Assembly (NCBI GenBank): GCA_038087875.1
Contig: CM075989.1
Span: 11,286,001-11,346,000, forward strand
Length of the DNA stretch: 60,000 bases
Direction of reading: 5' to 3'
Source of the DNA: Malacoraja senta
Taxonomy: Eukaryota
Shown: in pieces, positions 50,859-60,000 of the stretch
How the letters are laid out: every line of letters begins with the position of its first letter
How positions within the stretch are numbered: the stretch's first letter is position 1
Notes under the pieces: model-generated
Database searches by the model: none
What the model was told of the DNA's origin: nothing
What the model saw: the letters and a program-made list of their open reading frames with translations, nothing else
Translations under genes and position numbers: made by a program

Positions 50859-53431
50859 TACCATCGTTTTTGTTGTGGCTGTATATGTTGCTCCAAGTGC
50901 TAATGTAAATTCTAAGGCCAACGAAGCACTGGGAGCTCTGCATGACACCATCAGTGAGTTCCAGACCAAATATCCTGATAGCTTCATTGTGGTGGCCGGG
51001 GATTTTAATCACACCAGCCTTAAGACGGTGCTCCCAAAATTCAAGCAATATGTGGATTTTGAGACCAGGGGAGAGAACATCTTGGACTTGGTTTACACCA
51101 ACACCCCAGAGGCTTACAAGGCAGCCCCACGCCCTCACCTGGGCCACTTGGACCACATTTCAGTGTTTTTAACACCAGCCTACAGACCTCGGCAGAAACA
51201 AGCTAGAGCGGAGAGAAAACACACCAGGGTCTGGCCAGAGGGAGCAGCCTCAGCACTGCAGGATTGCTTCCTGCACACTGACTGGGATGTGTTCAGGACA
51301 GCGGCATCCTATGATGACCTCATCAACATCGAGGAGTACGCGGAGACTGTAACCAGCTACATTGCCAAGTGCACCGAGGATGTCACCATCATGAAAACCT
51401 TCACTGCACGTGGAAACAAAAAGCCATGGATGACAGCAGAGGTGCGCTCGCTGCTGAGGGCTCGTGATGCAGCCTACAGAGCCAGTAGCACATCCGCTCT
51501 TCGATCTAGCAGGACTGCACTGGAAAAAGGAATCAGGGCAGCGAAACGCGCCTACGCGGGAAAAATCCAGGGACACCTCTGTGACACAGGAGACACCAGG
51601 AGGATGTGGAAGGGAATCCAAACACTGACGGGGTACAAGGCAAGGCAGCACGTAACTGACACGGATTCTTCTCTCCCAGATGAACTAAACAACTTCTTCG
51701 CTCGTTTTGATGCAGCAAACACCACACCCAAGGGGAGAGCCAGTCCCTGCATACAAACCAACCAGCCAGTCCTGACCATAGACCTGATGGACACACGGAG
51801 AATCCTGTCTAAGGTCAACCCGTGGAAAGCAGTCGGACCCGATAACATCCCAGGACGTGTGCTTAAGGAATGTGCTGAGGAGTTAGCATATGTGCTAACA
51901 GACATCTATAACATCTCCCTCAGTCAAGCCATTGTCCCCACATGCCTCAAAACGAGTACAATAATCCCCATAGCGAAGAAACCAGTTGTTGCCTGCCTAA
52001 ATGACTACCGCCCTGTCGCCCTGACCCCAATAATAATGAAATGTTTTGAACGCCTGGTGAAACCCCACATTACTGCCAGCCTCCCCTCATCGTTAGACCC
52101 ACTCCAGTTTGCCTATCGCCCCAACCGTTCTACAGAGGATGCCATCTCAACCACGCTGCACACAGTGCTCATGCATCTGGAAAAAAGAAACACATACGCT
52201 AGAATCCTGTACATTGACTTCAGCTCAGCGTTCAACACCATCATCCCACAGAGACTTGTGGAGAAACTAACCCTGCTGGGCCTCAACACCACCCTGTGTC
52301 ACTGGATCTTGGACTTTCTGACAGAGAGACCGCAGTCAGTCCGTGTGGGCAAGAACACTTCAGGCTCGATCACGCTGAGCACCGGCTCCCCTCAAGGCTG
52401 TGTGCTCAGCCCGCTGTTGTTCACATTGCTCACACATGACTGTGCTGCCAGATTCAGGGACAATAAGATCATAAAATTCGCGGATGACACAACAGTGGTG
52501 GGACTCATCAGCGGAGATGATGAATCAATGTACAGGGAGGAAGTAAAACAACTAGTGGAATGGTGCGGCAAAAAGAATCTAGAATTAAACGTCGACAAAA
52601 CAAAGGAGATGGTTGTCGACTTCAGGAGGGCGCAGCCAAAGCATGCACCCCTTAACATCAGTGGCGCCACAGTGGAGAGAGTGGAGAGCATAAAGTTCCT
52701 CGGGGTGCAAATTACAGATAGCCTCACCTGGTCCAGAAACACCACTGGGACCGTCAAAAGGGCCCATCAGCGACTGCACTTCTTGAGGAAACTAAAACAG
52801 GCCTCACTCCCCACCAACATCCTCAGGACTTTCTACAGGGGTACGGTGGAGTCTGTACTCACATACTGTTTAAATACGTGGTACTCCACCTGCAACTGCT
52901 CGGACAGGAAGGCTCTGCAGAGGGTAGTGAGGGGAGCAGAGAAGATCATTGGCATCTCCCCACCCTCGGTACAAGAACTATTCCTGAGCCGCTGTCAGAA
53001 AAAAGCTCAGAGAATTGCTAAACTGCACCCCCTCCACATACACCTGGATCTCCTGCCATCAGGCAAGAGATATCGCAGCATCAAAGCCCGGACTACAAGA
53101 CTGCTAAACAGCTTCCTGCCATATGCTGTGAGGCTGCTAAACAGCCACTCTGTACTCACAGTCACCTGATTCTGCGGCTTGGCACGGACACTATAATAAC
53201 TGGCACTGGCCACTTCAATAACTGGCACTGGCCACTCAAATCAGCCACCCCGGACATGTTTATGATTGGTCTTACTGTATTTTAACGTTGTTTTTATCTA
53301 TTTTAACTTTATACTGTTCCATCAGGGACTGGATTGTTTTTAGTGTTATTATGTGTGAAATGTTTAAAACTTCGTTTTGCACTGTACAACTGTTGCTTGC
53401 AAGATGACAATAAAGGTTGAATTGAATTGAA
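50859..53431 (+). mobile_element. 5'-truncated Rex1/Babar-clade LINE with uninterrupted 764-aa ORF (50875-53169; partial APE plus RT) and (TTGAA)n tail
   Basis: [61 protein letters not shown] followed by ttgaattgaattgaa. Confidence 0.95.
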
Positions 53432-53459
53432 AAGCATCGTAGTCTTAGCTACAGAGGAA

Positions 53460-55562
53460 GTGCAGATTTTAAAAAGTAGAAAGGTGTGAAAACAACAGCG
53501 TTGTTGTAGTGAGTTCCCTAGATGGGACAAAATGTATTCATGCATTCAAGAGGTTTTCATGAAACAGTTTGTGGATAGTCCAAGCAGGGGAAAAAACATA
53601 TGGAATCTTGTACAGTATTGGGAAATGAGCCTGGCCAGATTATTGGAGCTTCAGTGGTTTTGAGAACAGTGATCGTAACTCTAAGTTTTCAGATAGTTAT
53701 GGAAAAGGATTAGCCTGGACATTGGGGGGAAAGGCTAATTATAACGGCATTAGGCAGGAGATGGGGAGGGTAGATTGAGAGAGGATTTTGTAAATTAACA
53801 TCTGACACATGGGAATCTTTTACAGGTCAGATGGTCAGAATTCAGGACTAACATCATCCAATGAAGAAGATAAAAGATATTTAGTCAAGAGGAACAAGGA
53901 AGCATATGTAAGGTTTAGCAAACTGCAATTAGTCAAGGGCCTTGAGGAATACAAAGGAGACAGGAAAGAATGTAAGCAGGAAATCAAGATGACATAAAGG
54001 TGCCATGAAACATCCTCGATAAGTAGGATTAAGGATTCCAAGGCATTTTAGAAATATACTAAACACAAGAGGGTAACTCTAAATAACAGATATGAACACT
54101 CAAAGACAGAGGGAATTCATGGCTGGAGCCAGAGGAAGTGGATGAGATATTAAATGACTACTTTGCACTAGTATTCACCAAGAAGATAATGGAGGATAGT
54201 CTGATCAGGGAGAATTATGTGATATTTTTGGGCATGTTGATATCGAGGATAAGATATTGGAAGTTTTGAAGAACGTTAGGTGAATAAGTCCCCAGGGCCT
54301 GATGGAATTTATCCCGAAGGGCAAGAAAGGAGGATTGCTGGGGCTTTGACAACAATCTTTGTATCCTTTTTAAACACAGGCGAAGCTCCAGAGGCCTTGG
54401 CCGGCGTGAATGGGTTTGGGCCAGAGAGCCCAATTCTGTGTTGTATCGCTCTATGACTCTATGTCTGCAGAATAGCCAATGTCATTCCTGTGTTTAAGAA
54501 GGGAAAAGGGGACAAAGCAGGAAATTATGGACTGGTGAGCCTTGCATCACTGATGGGGAAAGTACAAGAAACATTAATAGAAAACATTCTTAGGGTTACG
54601 ATTTATTCACATCCTGAAAGGAATGAATTTTTTAGGGACAATTGATGGTTTTGTGCAGGGGAGGTCATGTCTTACAAACTTGATTGAGTTTTCTGAGGAA
54701 GTGGTGAATTTGATTAATGAGGGTCAGTTGTCTACAAGGACTTTACCAACAAGTCCTTTGTGGTAGGCTGATTCAGACAACTAAAGGTTATAGAATCCAC
54801 AGAGACTTTCACACAGAGGGAGGTGCCTATATGGAACAAACTGCCAGAAGGAGTGGTGGAGGTACATATCATAAAAGATACATGGACAGGTACATGGGTG
54901 AGAAAGGTTCAGAGGAATATGGGCCTAGCATAGACAAGTGGGATTAGCCCAATTGGTGAACTTGATCGGGATGGAGAAAAGTAGGCCAAAGGGCCCATTT
55001 CCATGCTGTACAACCGTATGATTGGATTCAAAATTGACTTGTGGAAGGAAGTTATTCTGACTGGAGGTCTGTGACCAGTGGTGTTCCACAAGGATCGGTG
55101 CTAGGACTTCTGTTGTTTCTGATCTACATAGGAATGATTTGGATGAAAATGTAGATAGGCTGATAAATTTACAGATACAAAATTTGGTGAGTAAAGAGCA
55201 GTATATAGATCAGTTGGATGTATGGGCAGAGAAATGGCATGTAGAGTTCAAGTGTAAGGTGTTCCACTTTGAGAGGTCAAATGTAAGAAGTATACAATAA
55301 TTGGAAGGACCCTCAGGAGCACTAATATACAGAGGGATCTTGGAATACAAATCCAAAGATTTTGATGTGACAACACAAATATATAGGGTGGGGAAGAAGG
55401 CATTTGCAAAATTACCTTATTTAGTCAAGGCTTTGAATATAAAAGTCAGGAGCATTACAGGAAGGATATGAAGGTTTTGGAGAGGCTGCAGAAAAGATCC
55501 ACCAGTATGTTGCTAGAGTATGAGCTGTATGGAGTGGTTGGACGAACTTGGATTATTTTCTC
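53460..55562 (+). mobile_element. Decayed CR1 LINE
   Basis: KSPGPDG, GRSCLTNLIEF and GVPQGSVLG remnants. Confidence 0.8.
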
Positions 55563-55570
55563 AGATCTCA

Positions 55571-55656
55571 GATCCATCTATCTATCCATCTATCTATCCA
55601 TCTATCCATCTATCCATCTATCCATCTATCTATCTATCTCTATCTTCTATCTATCT
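55571..55656. repeat. (ATCT/ATCC)n microsatellite
   Basis: Read directly from sequence. Confidence 0.9.
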
Positions 55657-57419
55657 ATATACTATTAAAACTCTGTGTGTGTGTGGATGTGTGTGTGTGT
55701 GTGTGTGTTTGTGGGTGTCAGATTTGGCCTTTGATTCCTTGCTCCGCCAAAACCACATGCAAAAACTCCACGATTTTTTACATTTCGCTAGACATTACAC
55801 TTTTACATACCCTAACACACTCCTTATTAGATTTAGACATTTTTATGATTTTGATTTTATTTCTTGTCATTTGAACCTCAAGAGGCTCAAACGAAACTCC
55901 GTTTCCACAGCCATACAAACAAAACAATTCCTACAAGACACACAAATAATTCAATTTACAGAAAAACATCCATCACAGTGAATCTCCTCCTCACTGTGAT
56001 GGAAGGCAAAGTCTTTTCTCTCCCCTGCACCATTTTTCTCCCGATGTTGAAGCCCCAGGCGGGCAATGTTAAGTCCCACGGCCGTTGAGGCCACGCCGGG
56101 CAGTATACAGTTTCGCTCCGGGCCCAAAGTCACAAAGTTGGAGCCCCGGCAGGCGCTGGAATGTCGGGCGATTTACGGCCCCGCTCCGGGTCGTTCAAAC
56201 CCCGCGACTCGAGCTGGAGAAGTTGCGTTGCGGGAGCTCCGGAAAGCGGTCTCTCACCCGGACCCGCGAGCTCCCGATGTCCCAGTCCACGGGTCTGCAG
56301 CTGCAGCTGGAGGTCCGGAGTGAGCAGCAACGAGCCACCACCGCTCCCCGCGCTCCGAGGCCGGCCAGCCCCACGATGGTAAGTCCGGAGCTCCACAGGC
56401 TCCGCGACTGGAGCCTCCAGGTCGTCCCGGTCGGAGGCAGGGAAAAGGTCGGGTCTCCCGTGCAGGGAATCGATTTTTTTAAAGTCCCCCCCCCCGCCCC
56501 CCACATATACACAATTAAAACAGTACAAAAAAACCACAAACAACTACATTTAACTAGACAAAAATAAAAAAAGACAGACGGGCTGTAGGGGCCGCTGCAG
56601 TAATCCGCGCCGCCGCACATCATTTATTTTAAAAATGTACACATTTTAAAAATAAAATCCATCCCCCCCCCCCCCCCCCCCCCACTCACTCGTTTTGTCT
56701 CCTCCTCCTGGCCAGCCACCATAACGGCTGCTGCCGCCCGGCTCTGCTCCAAAAACACCACAATTTTTTTCCTTTCGCTGGCGATTTTCGCAGCTGCCGC
56801 CCGGCTCTCCTCCACTACCCCCCGCCCCCCCACCCCGGGCCGGCTCTCTCACGCTGGCTCAAGCGCACAGCTCTCCTCCAAAAAGCCGACATTTTTTTTT
56901 TCCCCTGGCGATTTTTGCTGCTGCTGCCCGGCTCTCCTCCACTACCCCCCCCCCCCCGGGCCGGCTCTCTCACGCTGGTTCATGCCAAACATCGGCTCTT
57001 CCCCCTCTGCTTTTCATCGTCCTCTGTCCGAGGACGCTGAAAAGCAGCGGCGGAACAACCCATCTTTGACTTCAGCAAGCGTCACAGAGCCGGCGCGTCA
57101 ACGGCCGCGGCCTGTCAGCCTGCAGCCCCATTGAGGGCGTACGCAGCGTCTCGACAGCCGTACGCAGCATCTCGACGTCGTACGCAGCGTCTTGACGGCA
57201 TACGCCGCCTACGCCGTCAACACGCTGCGTACGACGTCGAGACACTGCGTTCAACGTCAAGATGCTGCATACGCCGTCAAGACACTGCGTACAACATCAA
57301 GACGCTGCGTACAACGTCAAGACGCTGCGTACGGCCGTCCAGAAGCACGTTCGGGAACCAGACCCCGGGGTCTGAAGCACGTTCGGGGTCCAGACCCAAC
57401 GGGTCTGCTCTTGGTCTAG
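55654..57419 (+). mobile_element. Non-autonomous Helitron-like element (about 1.8 kb) with internal cargo
   Basis: 5' a|TCTATATACTATTAAAA followed by (GT)n; 3' hairpin CAGACCC-aac-GGGTCTG (57391-57407), 8 nt, CTAG|t; no TSD. Confidence 0.72.
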
Positions 57420-57774
57420 TAACAGTTAAAAATCAAATTTAAAACGCATATGCTAGAAATCTGAAATTAAAACAGGAAATGTTGGAAATGCTCAGCAGGT
57501 CAGACAGCATCTGTGGAGAGAGAAACAGACCTTTCAACAAAAAATCAACTGCTTGTGAGACAGTTAAATGAATCCAAAGCAAAAATCAATTCTTTATTTA
57601 ACCACACTATTTCAGTAAAACAAAAAGAGAGCTAAGCTCAGCAAACAAAAATGAGAATGTCTGGATCACGAGTACAAAATCTCGCAAACATGGAATTCTG
57701 CAGTCAGCTCCACACGTGAATGTAAAGGTACATACAAATATAGAACAACACAAGGTAAATGTATATTCTAATTA

Positions 57775-57872
57775 TTACAGACGAGCTTCTTCTCTTGTAT
57801 GTAAAAGACTACAAATCAGACACAACAGTACTCCATTCAAGCTCGCACACAGATTTCTTCCAGATGATCTTC
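57775..57872 (-). CDS. STRC: Stereocilin-like protein, last coding exon (GRSSGRNLCASLNGVLLCLICSLLHTREEARL*)
   Basis: tttgtag acceptor, completes the phase-1 Gly codon, TAA at 57775-57777; GRS followed by a hydrophobic tail as in STRC; AATAAA on minus at 57593-57598. Confidence 0.75.
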
Positions 57873-59482
57873 CTACAAATAGAGTAGAGTTCATTAATAA
57901 CCAGCCACAGTTAACACATGTCACGAGTTGTCACATGTCACATTGTCAGCAAAGCACAAAGTGCTGGAGTAACTCAGCAGGTCAGACAGCATATGTGGAG
58001 GGAATGGATAGGCAATGTTTTGGGTCGGGACCATTCTGTAGACTAATTACTTAATTAGTAATTAGACACAAGAAAGGAATAAGTTAATAAGTTTTCTACA
58101 GCAAGTGGATTTTGAGGAGGTTCTTGAGGGAGGAGAAAGAGATGAAATTCAATAGTAGAGGGTTTAGGGATGAGGGATTATTCTGTGAGTGCATGGGCCA
58201 ATTTATATCAAAGACCTTGTAGTTAACTTTACTTAAAAAGGCCATAAGGTATGTTTGATGTTGCAGGGTTGGACAGATATATTTGGGAGGTGCAATTTGG
58301 TGGCTGCAACAGGTTACTGATGGAATGGGGGAACACCACAATTTGTTTTCAATGGACTGCTGGTTTCCCAGAGCAATGGTATCCTCATCTCGCCATCTTG
58401 TCCATTAATCAAAGGGATGCCCTGTGTTGGATTAGAGATCTGATAATATTCTTACATTTTCAAATCTGGTTAAATCTGAATGTTCATTATATTTCAGCCG
58501 GCTTTATCCTAAGCTCCATTATCATTAATAACTCATCACGACTCAACAACATTCAACTTTACCAACTGGATGACTAGGCAGTGTTGCAATAGCAGGTAAA
58601 ATGAACAGCATGGAAGCAGTTAAGTGGAAGCTGGATTAGAATTCAATGGAAAAAGGGGAGGCTAATATTGCTGGATGGAGGAAGAAAGGATGCTTAGGTT
58701 CTGTTTAAATAATTGAAGCTCCAACAAGTCCAGCAGCTTACATTATACAAACTCATTTGACCTGCACGCCATCCATCACTTTTAACACCGACTGCAGTGT
58801 GCACAATGTATAAAATCCACTGCAGTTACTTGCTCAGGATACTCTGAAAGCACCTCCAAAAGCTGTGACTTCTACTTCCATCATCTGCAGTTTCCCTTCC
58901 AAGCTACACAACATTTTGACTTGGAAAAGTATCAGCAGTCCATCGTCAATGGATCTAAATTCTGGAATCCCTACACATGACAATTAAAACGCTAAGTACT
59001 TGTGCTATAACACCAGGATAAGCACTCAACCAAGACAACCAAGCCAAAGCACTATCTAAATTGATTATACCAACTTATGCTAAGGACAATAACCAACTCC
59101 ATATTCAATAAACAGCTACCTACATGCTTACAAGCACATTTTTTAAAGAACTGATCATGTAGATGCAAGTATATCATTGGGGTTATCAAATGGGCACCTC
59201 CCTTCACTGGTGTTTCGTTGAGTTAGACCCACGACACCTCGGGCCGGCTCAACAGTTAGTTGACACTGTTTGATTGTGAGACCCCCATCACTAGAAAGAC
59301 TGCAGAAGTTCAAGAAGATGACTCACTGCCATCTTCTGAGGCACAGTTACAGAGGGCAATAAGTCTGGCTTGCTATTTATGGCCATGTCCTGAACGTGAA
59401 TCAATGAAAGGAGCAGGGGTTAATTGGCCTGTTTCTGTGCAGTACATTCCATGTGATGTTCTGGCAACGGGCCAGTGTTTAC

Positions 59483-59633
59483 CTCTTATGTCAATTGCTG
59501 TTCTGTGCCACGATGTGAGGACCATGTCCAAAGCTTTCTTCTGCACATCACCAAGTTCCTTCAACTGGGCGGGAGTCACAGCCACCGCCTGCTGATAATT
59601 AAACATGCGAATCTGCGCAGGACTAAATACAAC
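59483..59633 (-). CDS. STRC: Stereocilin-like protein, penultimate exon (VVFSPAQIRMFNYQQAVAVTPAQLKELGDVQKKALDMVLTSWHRTAIDIR)
   Basis: ttcctgcatcag acceptor, G|gtaaac donor, 151 nt; resembles the remembered STRC segment VVFSPIQL...QAVAVTPEQ (stereocilin/otoancorin/mesothelin family). Confidence 0.82.
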
Positions 59634-60000
59634 CTGATGCAGGAAGGAAAGAGGGAATCAGTAAAACAAGTGAAATAACTTATTTGGCTGCATTTATTGA
59701 AGGTATTTGACTGAAGCAGCTTAAATATTATGCCGACGATATGTGCGCAAGTATGTTGGAAGTGGAAACTCAGATAGGATATTATACTGCCTTCTCTGGA
59801 GAATATCGAAGGTTGAAAGACAATATTTTACATATGCCCAGATGAATTCTCCCCAGTTCTGGTCAGACCCACCTTGAGCACTGACTCCGATTCTGATCAA
59901 TGTGACGCAAACAATGCAGTTGAGTGTAGGAAGAGAGTCACAATATTGACCACAAGCATCAAAGGACTTGATTAGGAGGAATTATAGGAGAGACTCGGGC

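Noticed and set aside
57135..57335. CRISPR-like repeat array
   Set aside because: No unique spacers, eukaryotic context and no cas genes
59820..60000. Further STRC-like exon
   Set aside because: Sequence resembles a decayed CR1 (ctggtcagacccaccttgagc) with no convincing splice sites

Overview
Vertebrate genomic DNA. The repeat content (HE1/V-SINE-like SINEs, CR1, Rex1, RTE, Penelope) suggests a cartilaginous fish, probably a skate or ray; this is inference. I identified three genes by reading splice sites and phases by hand: the last three exons of SPG11 (+), a complete 8-exon EIF3J (-, 240 aa) lying tail-to-tail with SPG11, and the last two exons of a stereocilin (STRC)-like gene (-). The rest is dense with transposons: CR1, Rex1 (one with an uninterrupted 764-aa ORF), RTE, a 5'-truncated L1 with TSD, Penelope GIY-YIG fragments, many hammerhead-ribozyme-like Penelope repeats, a Harbinger-like fold-back carrying telomeric repeats, a hAT-like element with a 7-bp TSD, and a non-autonomous Helitron. 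The most unusual signal is between EIF3J and STRC (28-49 kb). A CCAAT/GC/TATA promoter precedes a spliced, Kozak-initiated orphan reading frame, and the downstream exon of that frame recurs at least 10 times in tandem and inverted decayed copies. Repeat boundaries are approximate unless TSD or TIR coordinates are given. No database searches were run.
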